From the IMG/VR virus record IMGVR_UViG_3300002835_000017: a stretch of 64,000 nt of DNA; one strand, written 5' to 3'. Below are positions 19,819 through 30,700 of the stretch, piece after piece; within the stretch, counting starts at the first letter, position 1; each line of letters starts with the position of its first letter. The notes under the pieces were generated by a model. It made no database searches, was not told where the DNA came from, and saw nothing but the letters and a program-made list of their open reading frames with translations. A program made the position numbers and the translations under genes. The stretch is from a virus.

Positions 19819-22800
19819 TAAAAATTAATTTTACTATATCCATTTTCTTTTTTAATTTCTATTAATCCATCTACTATATCTCTCATTTGTTCTAAATGTG
19901 AAATTATCCATATAAAATCAAATTGAGTTTTAAGATACTGCATCATCATAAATAGGGATGATAAGTTATCCGAATCCAATGTACCAAATCCTTCATCTAT
20001 TACTAAAAAGTTTGGACGAGGTAAGTTACATACATTAATGAGTGCTACTCTAATTGCTAATCCACTAACAAATTTTTCCATACCACTACACATTTCTAGT
20101 CCCCACTCCTGGTCATCATATACAATTTTAGCATTAATTGATTTACCATCCATCTCCATCGTAACTCCAAAATCAACTACTTGTGCTAAAATATTATTTA
20201 CTTCGTTTTCTATTACTGGCAATGCCTTTGAAATTAATTCATAAGGTATTCCATCTCTCTTCACTGCATCCAAATAATAGGTGTACAGGCGGTTCTTTTC
20301 TTCCAATACCTTAACATCATTCATCTTCTGTTTTATGTCCTCTATAAACGAAGATATGGATGAAATAGAACCATTTAAATTTGTTATATCTTTATTTAAT
20401 TTATTAATTTCAATTCCAATATTATTTTTTGTTTTATTTAGTTCAGAAATTACACTTTCTATTTGTTTATTTTTAGAAATTGTATCTTCATTTTCATAAT
20501 ACTTATTTATATTTTCATTAATAGTATTTAATTGGTTTTCTAATAATTGTTCTTTAGTTTTTAAAGCATCTAATTCAACTTCTGTTTTTTCTAAAACAAT
20601 TTTACTTTTAGAATATGTGTTTTTTAATTCATTATACTCACTATATTGTGTATCTACACCATCTAATGTATTTAATTTAAATTGAATAGAATTAACAATA
20701 TTTTTGGAGGTATTTAATTTGTTTTTTAAAATTACCAACTCATCTTTTGCGTTAATTGCATCTTTTACAAAAACATTATCACAACAAAATTCACAATTAG
20801 GGTCATATTTATGTTCTTCTAAATGTAAAATCTTTTCATTCAATGTTTCTTCTATATATTTTAGTTTTTGATAAGAATTTTCCGCTTCTAAAACTTCATT
20901 TTTAATACTAATATACTTTGAGTAGACAGTTTCGATATCAACATCAACTTCTTCTACTTTAAAAGTTTTATTGTTTACCAAAGAATGTGAAACTTCGGTT
21001 AGAATTGTACTACATTCTATAATTTTATTTTCTTTCGTATTGTATTCTTTATATAAATTTTCTATTTGAGTTTTTAAATTCGTTTTACTTAATTCTAACT
21101 TTGGCAAATCTAAATTGGAATCTATAGGAGTTAATTCTCTGCTTAATCCAACAATTTTATCATTCAAATCAGTTACTTCTATATTTTTATTGTTTAGTAA
21201 TGTTTCTAATGATTTTAATTGTGATTTTTTTTCAATTAATTCCTTACCTTTTTCGGCAAGTTCGGTTGTAAAATCCGTTTTCTTAAAGTTTTTAATCAAT
21301 ACTGAAACTTCTCTAATATCTTCGGTTGCAGTATCATACAATTTATCAAAAATAGTTAACCCCATAAATTGAGCAAGAAGGTCTTTCCTTTCCGATTGTG
21401 ATTTATCAATGAATAGAGCGTTATTACCTTGCAGTGATAGTGCAGTTAGTACAAAATCTTCATATTTTCCAACATATTGTTCAATAATTTGGTTTGTATC
21501 TCTTCTTTCGGTTCCATTTAATGAGGTTTTAGTATCACCATCTTGTCTCCAAAATTGAACATCTACTTTTACATTTTTACCTTTGTTAATTGTTTTAGCA
21601 GTTCTCTGAATACCATAATCTACACCATCTATTTGAAAATATAATGTACAATCAAATTCTGTTTTACGATTATTTAAAATATTAGATGCTTTATATGCTC
21701 TACTGCTTTTATCATATAAACAAAATGATACCGCATCAAATAAAGAAGATTTACCTGCCGCGTTTGGAGCAAATAATCCAACTAATCCGTTTAATTTTGT
21801 AAAATCAATTTTATTCTTTTCACCATAACTAAACATATTTGAAAATTCAAAACGAATTGGTTTCCATTGTATATTACGTTGGATATCATCTTGAACTATT
21901 CTACTATTTATATCTCTATTAATCAGTTCTAGCCCTTTCAAATCTTCAGGAACTACAAATGGCATCATTCTTTCAATATACTCATTTATAAGTGAGTTTT
22001 GATAATTGATATCCGAAATATCTTCAAAGTCTAATTTATTTAATCTATCACCTGTTTTAGATTTAGAAAGAGAATCGGTTCTGATAATTGTGAAATCCTC
22101 AATACCATACCTCATCTTAATTTCAGCCATTACTTTTTTAGTATCGGCAGAATCGGTATTAGATAAACGAACTCTTAAACGAGGTTTTTTTGGCATATCC
22201 GTTACAATAGGAACTTTACCATTATCAACATCCATAGTATAATATCCATAATCATTTTGAATATCAACTTCTTCGTATTTCATACTATCTAAATCCCAAA
22301 CAAGGAATCCGTGCTTATCCAGCGTTTCACCGAAGTTTTGTTGAATCAATGAACCCGCATAAACTATCTTACATCCACTTGGTGAAATCATAGTTTGTCT
22401 TTTATGAATATCACCTAATAGAGCTAAATCGTATCCATCAAACATTTCGGTTGTGAAATGACGAGATGAAACTGTGTATCCAATATCCGTTTGAGAGTTA
22501 TCCACTGGCCCGTGAAATAGAGCAATCTTTTTATTAGAAGATAATGTATTTCCTTTTGGCCAATTTTCTTTTCTATCAAAAATACTAAATACTCCAAAAT
22601 CTACCCCACCAATTCCATACACTTGAGTATCTTTGAGATATGTGAAGTTTGGTAAATTTAGAGCCTCTACAATTGGTGTAAGTACATCCAATCTATCAGA
22701 ATTATTCATATTACAATCGTGATTACCTGTAATAAGAATTGTTTCACAATGTTTAGAACATTCGGTAAATAACCAACTTATTTCTCTAACCAATTCAGGA

Positions 22801-22976
22801 GATAATTCCAATTTAGCATGAGCAATATCTCCTGCTAAATAAATGATTGAATCTTCCGTACCTCTTTTACGAATCTCCTCAAACATTTTTTCAAACACTT
22901 GCCGATACTCATTGTGTCTTTTCACATTACGGATGTGTATATCTGCAATATGATAAATCTTTTTTAATCTACTCAT
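19818..22976 (-). CDS. Fused Mre11/SbcD nuclease - Rad50/SbcC ATPase (gp47-gp46-like recombination nuclease)
   Basis: ADIH, GDIAH, GNHD, GDIH; Walker A APNAAGKS; zinc hook CEFC; signature CSGME; Walker B LVIDEGFGTLD; ISH. Confidence 0.93.
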   Translation of the reverse strand: MSRLKKIYHIADIHIRNVKRHNEYRQVFEKMFEEIRKRGTEDSIIYLAGDIAHAKLELSPELVREISWLFTECSKHCETILITGNHDCNMNNSDRLDVLTPIVEALNLPNFTYLKDTQVYGIGGVDFGVFSIFDRKENWPKGNTLSSNKKIALFHGPVDNSQTDIGYTVSSRHFTTEMFDGYDLALLGDIHKRQTMISPSGCKIVYAGSLIQQNFGETLDKHGFLVWDLDSMKYEEVDIQNDYGYYTMDVDNGKVPIVTDMPKKPRLRVRLSNTDSADTKKVMAEIKMRYGIEDFTIIRTDSLSKSKTGDRLNKLDFEDISDINYQNSLINEYIERMMPFVVPEDLKGLELINRDINSRIVQDDIQRNIQWKPIRFEFSNMFSYGEKNKIDFTKLNGLVGLFAPNAAGKSSLFDAVSFCLYDKSSRAYKASNILNNRKTEFDCTLYFQIDGVDYGIQRTAKTINKGKNVKVDVQFWRQDGDTKTSLNGTERRDTNQIIEQYVGKYEDFVLTALSLQGNNALFIDKSQSERKDLLAQFMGLTIFDKLYDTATEDIREVSVLIKNFKKTDFTTELAEKGKELIEKKSQLKSLETLLNNKNIEVTDLNDKIVGLSRELTPIDSNLDLPKLELSKTNLKTQIENLYKEYNTKENKIIECSTILTEVSHSLVNNKTFKVEEVDVDIETVYSKYISIKNEVLEAENSYQKLKYIEETLNEKILHLEEHKYDPNCEFCCDNVFVKDAINAKDELVILKNKLNTSKNIVNSIQFKLNTLDGVDTQYSEYNELKNTYSKSKIVLEKTEVELDALKTKEQLLENQLNTINENINKYYENEDTISKNKQIESVISELNKTKNNIGIEINKLNKDITNLNGSISSISSFIEDIKQKMNDVKVLEEKNRLYTYYLDAVKRDGIPYELISKALPVIENEVNNILAQVVDFGVTMEMDGKSINAKIVYDDQEWGLEMCSGMEKFVSGLAIRVALINVCNLPRPNFLVIDEGFGTLDSDNLSSLFMMMQYLKTQFDFIWIISHLEQMRDIVDGLIEIKKENGYSKINF

Positions 22977-23914
22977 AAACTATTTATTTTATTTAATAGT
23001 AATTCTTCCGAAGTAAATTCTTTAGTTTTATTTAGTTCTTCGTAGAATTTTTCATACCCCATATCTGCGGCATCTTTATCTTTCAAATACATCATTTTAA
23101 CTTGAATCCCATTTTTTCTAAAGTATTCTGCAGCTTTTAATGCGTCAGTCATTGCATCGTTATCTAATGATATAATAATGTTGCTTACTCCACTCATAAA
23201 GATTTTTTCAACCAATTGTTTTGATGGAAACTTACCTAAAAGTGGAATTGCATTTCTTTTAATTGTAATTGCATCAAATACACCTTCACATAATATAATT
23301 GGCTCATCCCAATTTATCTGTGATTCTAAACAAATTATATTTTTACTGATTGGTGGGTTTTTATATTTCATCTTCTCATCTGTATAATAAGAACGAGAAA
23401 CAAAATAGTTTAGTGAACCTTCTAAACTATAAGATGGTATAATTATTCTTCTACTATACAATCCATCTTTACAATAACCAATATTGTATTTAACAATTTC
23501 CTTCATACCAATTCCTCTTTGAGAAAGATAGAACATAGCATGTTTATATTCTGGATTGAATCCTTTTGGTTCTTCTGCTAATGAAATAAATTCTTTTGGA
23601 AGTTGTATAAATACTCGAGTTTCTGCATCTTCTTGTTGTGGTGTCCAATTACTATCTCCGTATATTTCTCTAATTATTGATATGGTTTTTCTATCCACAT
23701 CCAATTTACGAAGTAATGATGTTAATTTTTTACCACCACTATTACAAGTCCAACAATGCCACTTTTGAGTTTCAGTATTTACTTGTAATTTGGGTTTATG
23801 GTGGTTACAAAAAGGGCAATAAAAGGCCAATTCATTACCTTTCAAATAATTATATGTACCCAACACATTCGATAGTGTGGTTGTAACGAGATTTTTATCA
23901 GTTTGATTCAACAC
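22973..23914 (-). CDS. DNA primase (Zn finger + TOPRIM), GTG start
   Basis: CPFC..HCWTC, YLSQRGI, RIIIP, KYKNPP, CEGVFDA, LDND, KDAAD. Confidence 0.9.
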   Translation of the reverse strand: MLNQTDKNLVTTTLSNVLGTYNYLKGNELAFYCPFCNHHKPKLQVNTETQKWHCWTCNSGGKKLTSLLRKLDVDRKTISIIREIYGDSNWTPQQEDAETRVFIQLPKEFISLAEEPKGFNPEYKHAMFYLSQRGIGMKEIVKYNIGYCKDGLYSRRIIIPSYSLEGSLNYFVSRSYYTDEKMKYKNPPISKNIICLESQINWDEPIILCEGVFDAITIKRNAIPLLGKFPSKQLVEKIFMSGVSNIIISLDNDAMTDALKAAEYFRKNGIQVKMMYLKDKDAADMGYEKFYEELNKTKEFTSEELLLNKINSL

Positions 23915-23918
23915 AAAT

Positions 23919-23949
23919 CAAAGATAGTATAAATATTTTATATTTCCAA
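23919..23949 (-). promoter_or_regulatory. Bacteroidota-type promoter TTGG-N19-TATCTTTG with nested TATTTATA (23928-23935)
   Basis: Perfect TAnnTTTG 4 nt upstream of the primase GTG. Confidence 0.7.
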
Positions 23950-23954
23950 GTCTT

Positions 23955-24359
23955 TTAAAACCAATCTTCTGGAATGATTTTATCCGCGTATTTGTACCCA
24001 TTTTTTACACACCAATCTGCGTATGTAGTTTTAGAGTTTTTTGTGATTTTGTTATTTGAGTTGGAAAATACGAATCTTATATCCAAATTTGGATTTTGAG
24101 CCTTAACTAATAGATGTTTTTTCCTATCAGCTGCAACAAATCTACCTTTAGTTTCTACAAAAATGCCATTAGGTAATTTGAAATCAGGATTATAAGTGTG
24201 GTTTGAAGCGGGTACGATGTAAGGAATCTTTTCAGATTCATATTTAACATCGATACCCTTTTCTTTAATTTGACTTGAAATAGTTTCTTCAAGACCAGAT
24301 TTAAATCCGTGTTTTCTACCAACCCAACTTTTAGATTTTTTTATAACTTTTTTAGCCAT
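23955..24359 (-). CDS. T7 endonuclease I-like Holliday junction resolvase
   Basis: FKSGLE, YESEKIPY, YNPDF, VETKGRF, DIRFVF, TTYADWC. Confidence 0.92.
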   Translation of the reverse strand: MAKKVIKKSKSWVGRKHGFKSGLEETISSQIKEKGIDVKYESEKIPYIVPASNHTYNPDFKLPNGIFVETKGRFVAADRKKHLLVKAQNPNLDIRFVFSNSNNKITKNSKTTYADWCVKNGYKYADKIIPEDWF

Positions 24360-24365
24360 TAAAAA

Positions 24366-24575
24366 TTATCGTTTTACTGAATCCGAATACTTTGCAAAGG
24401 TTTTTTCACCACCTCTACCTGTTTTGAATTTTGCAGCAGTTAAAACTTGCTCATCTGCTTTTTGCAAATCATTTGTAGAATATGGAGTGTTTGCAGCCTT
24501 TCCAGCTTCAAATGAAATTTTATCAACACCTAGTGCCGATTGTTGGGTTTTGTATAATTCTTCTAATGTTGCCAT
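24366..24575 (-). CDS. Small hypothetical protein (late-expressed)
   Basis: 69 aa; TATTTATA at 24593-24600 upstream. Confidence 0.6.
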   Translation of the reverse strand: MATLEELYKTQQSALGVDKISFEAGKAANTPYSTNDLQKADEQVLTAAKFKTGRGGEKTFAKYSDSVKR

Positions 24576-24605
24576 TTGTTTTGTATTTTAAGTATAAATA
24601 TAAGA

Positions 24606-25772
24606 TTATGTGTCAAATCGTATAATAAAGTTTACAGGAATATCTCTTTCCGATTTAATTGGTTGAGGAAGTTTAGCTACCGCAACTAAATCACAATTAT
24701 CATCGTATAAACCAATTGTTGTGATGAATGGTGTTAAGAAAGAACCAGTTGAATCGATAGAACTACTTAAATCATAATGTTCAAATCCTGCAAAGTGAGT
24801 AGAAGAACTTACAGATGATGTATAACGATAATCCAAAGTATTTCCATTTTCTAATATAGATTTTTTACGAATGTACTTAACAGGTTGTTTAGAGTATACT
24901 CTATGTGTATTTCCAGAAGAATCTACAAATGATGTATATTCACCACCTTCCGTTACAACGGCGGATGGGTTTTGTGAAACATTAAATTCATCTTCATTAA
25001 CAATCAATAGATATTCGTGCTCATAAATTGTTTTGGTGGATTTGAATGATAAGTCCCAATTAGATATCAATACATCATTGAGTGCTCGGGTGATTACAAT
25101 CAACCCTTGGGTATAGAATATATTACCAATTGAATTTGTTCCTGCTGCGCCTGATAAAAATGGTATATTTTCTACTATCATTACACCACTTTCAATATTA
25201 AAACTAACAATATTCATATCATAACTTATACCGTTATATGTTAGATTAAATATACTGTCTTCTATATCAAACCCCATAAATTGAAAAGAAGCAGTATACG
25301 CAGCAGATGCTAAATCTGTAAATATAATTTCATTATCTTGAATATCTATAGATACTACAGTAATAGTATCTCCCGCAGAATCTATTAAATTTCCAAAGGT
25401 ATCATCTATATATGTTTTACCATTATCTAATAAATTGATTGAACCTTTTTTGATTCCTTCTCCAACATATATTTGTGGAATAGATATTACTTTTGCGGAA
25501 CCACTTAAAAATCTATCTCTACCCGAATTAGAGATTTCGTATGTATTATTTTTGGAGCCAAATCTTAAAAATGGGTTATCTTCATTTCCATTATAAAATT
25601 GTGCTCTTAATTGACCGTATATAGAATTTTGTGGATATAATCCAGATAATGTAGATGAATTTTCATTAGCTTCTAATAAATCTATTTCATTAGAACCACT
25701 AGAAAAGTTCCATTCTTTGTAGGCTTTGAAAGGCCTAATACTAATATCGGATTTGGGTATTCTTTTTAACAT
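24606..25772 (-). CDS. Virion structural protein with tail-collar-like C-terminus (start revised to MLKRIP at 25772)
   Basis: FITTIGLYDDNCDLVAVAKLPQPI; paralogue of 25857..27092; the track's upstream extension overlaps a terminator. Confidence 0.7.
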   Translation of the reverse strand: MLKRIPKSDISIRPFKAYKEWNFSSGSNEIDLLEANENSSTLSGLYPQNSIYGQLRAQFYNGNEDNPFLRFGSKNNTYEISNSGRDRFLSGSAKVISIPQIYVGEGIKKGSINLLDNGKTYIDDTFGNLIDSAGDTITVVSIDIQDNEIIFTDLASAAYTASFQFMGFDIEDSIFNLTYNGISYDMNIVSFNIESGVMIVENIPFLSGAAGTNSIGNIFYTQGLIVITRALNDVLISNWDLSFKSTKTIYEHEYLLIVNEDEFNVSQNPSAVVTEGGEYTSFVDSSGNTHRVYSKQPVKYIRKKSILENGNTLDYRYTSSVSSSTHFAGFEHYDLSSSIDSTGSFLTPFITTIGLYDDNCDLVAVAKLPQPIKSERDIPVNFIIRFDT

Positions 25773-25795
25773 ATCATATATAAATATAAAGAAAT

Positions 25796-25848
25796 AAAAA
25801 ACCCCCACCATTTCTGACGGGGGTGTCCTTCGGTAGCATCCGTAAGGA
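25796..25848 (-). terminator. Intrinsic terminator (10-bp stem, GAAA loop, U-tract) preceded by a second hairpin
   Basis: Minus strand ACCCCCGTCA-GAAA-TGGTGGGGGT-TTTTT; upstream TCCTTACGG-ATGCTA-CCGAAGGA. Confidence 0.85.
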
Positions 25849-25856
25849 ATATGTTA

Positions 25857-27092
25857 TTAGAAATCAAGTTTTACTTTTATAGCTACTTCTTTATCAAATG
25901 ATTTAGCAATTGGTTTAGAAGTTTTAGCTACCGCTAATAATTCGTTTGCGTCATTGTACAAACCAACAGTTGTAATATACACATGCGGGTCTCTTTCGAA
26001 CAACGGTTGTACAAATGCACCTACTGAACCAGTTACGAATGTTGGGTTGTTAGAGAAGTTAAATTCTCTATTGTTTGCTCTTACAAAGTAATGCGATGTA
26101 GAAACATTTTCAGTTCTACGAGCTTGGAAATCACCACCTCTTTTTAGTGCATCGTACAATTTCAATGAACCAGATACCGAACCTGATTGATGATATTTTA
26201 ATGTAGTTGAACCAGCAGCTGCTGATAATTCACCACCAACTGATGCTGAAAGTGCAGTTGGGTTTAATAAGATAATACCCATATCAGGATAGAATAAACC
26301 ATATCCTTGTTGTGTGTAAGTATCTGATACTTGTGCTACTGATGCAGTTAAGGATGTTCCAATATTCAATGCACCACTAACCATATTATAAACTCTACCA
26401 GCAGTTGTTACATTTTCGCCAGTTCCACCTGAATCATCAATTAATGAAATATATCCAGCTGAACCTGATAGTGCGATTTGTATATTTCCTGGATCTAATT
26501 TTTCTTTATATCTAGCTCTATTAATGTTAAGTACATAGAATGATGATAAATCATGTCCTCCTGCGGTTGACCCAGTGTAAACACTAAAATATGCATCAGC
26601 TGCATCCAATAATACATTTTTAAATTGATTATAAACTGCAGTAGTTTGCAAATTGGAATCATCATCTTGAGATAATGTAGGTGCTCCGTTTCCGTTTACA
26701 TCTCCATACGCGATGGAAAATTGAACCTCTGCAGAAGTTGATGAGGTTGCAACATTATATACATCCAAATAATACTTACCACTTACAGAGTTCAACTGTG
26801 TAGATGATGTGAAAAAATTAGTCAATGAACCTTCATCACCACTCCATATTCCAGAAGTTACAATTTCTGTTCTGTTTGTTACTTTATCAATTGCTCCAAA
26901 TTTCTTATATATACCATTTGTAATAGTGGTTATATCCGAACTAATTTGCTCACCCTGTCCTAAAAATTGGTTTACAATACTAACTAATTCATTTGTATCG
27001 ATAGGAGTACCTGCTACATTTGATTGTCCTGCCAAGTATTGAGCTATATTACTTGCTAAAAGGGCTCCTCTATTGTCTCTAATTAATGCCAT
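25857..27092 (-). CDS. Virion structural protein with tail-collar-like C-terminus
   Basis: YITTVGLYNDANELLAVAKTSKPI..KLDF; S/T/G-rich. Confidence 0.7.
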   Translation of the reverse strand: MALIRDNRGALLASNIAQYLAGQSNVAGTPIDTNELVSIVNQFLGQGEQISSDITTITNGIYKKFGAIDKVTNRTEIVTSGIWSGDEGSLTNFFTSSTQLNSVSGKYYLDVYNVATSSTSAEVQFSIAYGDVNGNGAPTLSQDDDSNLQTTAVYNQFKNVLLDAADAYFSVYTGSTAGGHDLSSFYVLNINRARYKEKLDPGNIQIALSGSAGYISLIDDSGGTGENVTTAGRVYNMVSGALNIGTSLTASVAQVSDTYTQQGYGLFYPDMGIILLNPTALSASVGGELSAAAGSTTLKYHQSGSVSGSLKLYDALKRGGDFQARRTENVSTSHYFVRANNREFNFSNNPTFVTGSVGAFVQPLFERDPHVYITTVGLYNDANELLAVAKTSKPIAKSFDKEVAIKVKLDF

Positions 27093-27100
27093 AGTTTATT

Positions 27101-27724
27101 TTATTGAACGTAAGTTATCGTTACAGGTATTGTTTGTGAACCACCAGTTTCGTTACCATAAACCGTAATTGTAGTTTTGATAGTTGAAGTTAAAGATGGG
27201 TTTGGAATAAATTTAAATGTTAATCCTTTAGCAATTGCTGCGGTTGCAGATATATCATCACCAATAAAAATAGGCACTGAACCTACATCAGATGTTACTC
27301 CTTCTCCTACAATATCACCTGCGTTTTTGTTTGATAATACAATTGTGTATCCCAAACTTCTATTTCCAGCTGGAGATGTTGTTGGTGATAATGAAACTTC
27401 ACCACTTCTTTGATTAACTGAAATGGTTGGTATACCAAATTCTACAACAGGAATACGAGTTGTATTTTTAGGTAGTGTTACCAATTTATATTTCATTACT
27501 TGCGTTTCATCAGGATTGGCTTCCAATACTGGCATATTCTTAATTGCCGCATCATAATATGCAGAACCAAGTGGATGTGCCGGTTCGTAAAGTGTGTAAT
27601 CAATCTCATCATCTGCTAACGCAAATTGAGTAATGTTTAATCCTTGTCCTGATGCTAATTTTTCTCTACCTTTTTTAGTAAGAATTGCATCAACAGTTAA
27701 TTCACTATTACTTAAATATCCCAT
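27101..27724 (-). CDS. Virion structural protein resembling the N-terminal half of the tail-collar fibre domain
   Basis: AILTKKGREKLA..LNITQFALADD; TATTTATA at 27747-27754. Confidence 0.6.
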   Translation of the reverse strand: MGYLSNSELTVDAILTKKGREKLASGQGLNITQFALADDEIDYTLYEPAHPLGSAYYDAAIKNMPVLEANPDETQVMKYKLVTLPKNTTRIPVVEFGIPTISVNQRSGEVSLSPTTSPAGNRSLGYTIVLSNKNAGDIVGEGVTSDVGSVPIFIGDDISATAAIAKGLTFKFIPNPSLTSTIKTTITVYGNETGGSQTIPVTITYVQ

Positions 27725-27773
27725 AATATTTTTATTATTCTTTGTTTATAAATATAATAATTTTTAAATTTCG

Positions 27774-30700
27774 TTATTCTACTTCCAAAATAGGTTCGGA
27801 AGAATCTCTACCAGTTTTATTTACTTTTAATGTATTCGGATTAGATATAAATGTTTCAATCGGAGAACTACCATCTAGTGTAGTTGCCGCAGTATTTTTA
27901 GAACCCTTAAAGAAACTATTTTGTAATCCCCTAGTTAAATCGGAAGTAAATTTATTATGCGTTGGTAAATATCCATTTACATTTGTTACTTCTATTACAT
28001 TGCCCCCAACTGTTGGACTATTTGGTGCACCGAATGGTTGAATATTTAATCGTGTTTCAGTATAAGTTTGAATATCCGAAACATATCCACCACGTGGGTC
28101 TCCCAATCCGTTTGCAGATGCGGTAATTGCAAATTTTTGTATAATTCTTTCTTTTTCTTCCGTAACTAATTGTACTTTAATTCGTTCTTTAACAACTCTA
28201 TTATCTTTATTAAAATAAGTTCTAATCGCGGAACCGTTTTGTGCGTATATACCAAACCCAATTGTTTCAAATTCAGTTTGTCCTATAACTTGATTGGAAT
28301 TTATAATATCAATTTCAGTTACAATTGTAGGGGTTCCTAAATCTGCATCTATAGTTATTTCTTTTTGATAATAATCCGAATTAAAAACAAAATTAGAATT
28401 CATATCAATAGTAGAATCCTGTTGATAATTTTCAGCCAATAAATTATTTACCGATGCAGTTGAAATCAATGCTTCATACTGATTGTTTTCTACCGTTAAA
28501 TTTTCTGATAAATTGGCATCTATTAATGTTTCTTTTTGAATATTTTCAAATGAAATAACACTAGTATCAGATAATTTTATTTCAGTTTCTTTCTGATAAT
28601 CATCTGCAGTAGGTTTTTTGTGAACAACTTTACTTCTTTCTAAAAAGTGTGGTTCTATTAATAAACCAGTAGTTGCTTTAACCCTCGCAGGCAACATCTT
28701 TTTTAAATCTTCAAACATAGATTTCTCATATAGTTTGATTAGATTTATGTAAGCATATATATCTCTATTATCAAATCTTTGGAAATAATAATTTCTTAAA
28801 TTATCCAATGATTTATAATTTGGTTTATAATCATCCGATGGGTCACCAATGTAGTTATCAATATTTAACCCACCAAAAGTTTTAGCAATATCCATATTCA
28901 ACTCTTTTGTAGGAGAGAAGAATAAACCAACTCTGTTAGAATCAGTTGGAGATTGGTCAAATGCTTTTTTAGTTGCTCTACTTTTTGAAGATAAATCTAC
29001 ACCAACACTTCCAGATATTTTTTGATTAGTTAAAGTATATTGGTCTTCGAATCTAACTTTATTAGTTGAAAATCTACTCGCTCCACCATCTGGATAATCC
29101 ATTACAATTGTTCTATCGATTACTTCAAATTGAAATGGATATTCACTTATAGATGGGAAATTAAATGCCGATGCTGATAATAATGGTGTAGTGTTTACCG
29201 AATACAATGAAGCAGTAGTTCCATTTTCATAATCATTTCTAGTCAATCCATTTTCAAAATAAATGTTAGTATCAACATTTATTAACGAAGATGTTTGTGC
29301 TAAATTTTTAGGATATTCAAAATCTAAACGGAAATATAAATCATCGGTTGAAGATGAAACACTATTTCCATTAATCATTTCAGGAAATGAAACGTGTTCA
29401 TAAAATCTTTCAGTATCCAATACTTCAGACCATAAACGGAATTCATCCACACTACCAATATAGTTTCCACCCAATCTAATTGTAGAACCATTATTCCAAT
29501 TTGTATAATTAGAAGATGATATTGATTCTTGGAATATAGTTCTTTCTTTATCGGCTTGTCTTACATCCAATTTTAATCCAGCAGAACCACTACTTACAGA
29601 TATACCAAAAAATTTACCATTAAATATTGGTAATGTTGAGGTTTCTATTGATAGTGACCCACTATAATTAAATTTAACTTTACCATAATCACTATTTGTA
29701 GAACCACTTAAATTTACATTCCAGCCACTACCACTTATTAAAGTATATTGGGATGATTCTAATGGTTTTACAAATAATTCAATCGTATTTGGTTTAAGAC
29801 TAGAAGTATTATTTGTTTGTTTCCACTCCATCTGTATTGATGAAGTTAATGCCATGTTAAGACCCGTAGTAATATTATCTATTACCAACTTACTTTTAGA
29901 TGTATCGTTTATTTCAGGACCTCCAAATTCTAAAATTGAAAGATTAGATGATGGAATACCATAACATGCCATCAATGCGTGAATACCTCTCCTAGTACCT
30001 TTATGTTTTAGTAGATATGGTAAGTTATTTACAATTCTTCTCCAAACTTCGTTAGTTCTTTGTTTGGCCGGATTTGATTCTTTATCATTACCTTCTTTAT
30101 CCTTGCCAAATACATAACTCCACAAATCGGCATCAGCTGCTAAATTTTTAGCATCCCAACTAAATGATTTTAATGTATCAAAAAGTAATTTGTCAGAAAT
30201 GCCATCTTTTGCTTTATATCCTAAACCTCTACTTTTTTCAATTGATTTTGTATGGAAATAGATATTATCAAAATGATGTCCAATCATTGAGAAGAATAAT
30301 AATAAACTTTCGTTTTCATCATTATTAACAATGAATTGAGGTATATTGTTTAATACATAATTTGAATTATTGGCATCATATATATTTGCAAGTTCTTCTA
30401 TATTATTGTACCAATTTTTAACTTCGTTAGATGTACTCAATCTTCGATTAGCACCATTGTAGGGCCAACTTAAAGAAGATGATGTGTATAAGAATTTTTC
30501 AAATCCATCAAATCCGTTTATTAATTGATTTTTCTTTAATTGTTGTCTTTCTGCTTCTTGTATAGATGGTAACGAACCACTATGTGCCTGTGATGCGTTA
30601 GCTGCTGATAGAGCAGTTTCATATAATTCAATTAGTTGTATTTTATATACAAAGTTATCAATACGTTCATTTGCAGAACTGAAATGAACAAAATTCTCCC

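Noticed and set aside
25773-25811. N-terminal extension MVGVFYFFIFIYD of the 401-aa ORF
   Set aside because: It overlaps the terminator and the TATTTATA box; MLKRIP at 25772 is the more plausible start. The track's extensions at 45576, 63052 and 63414 were trimmed on similar grounds.
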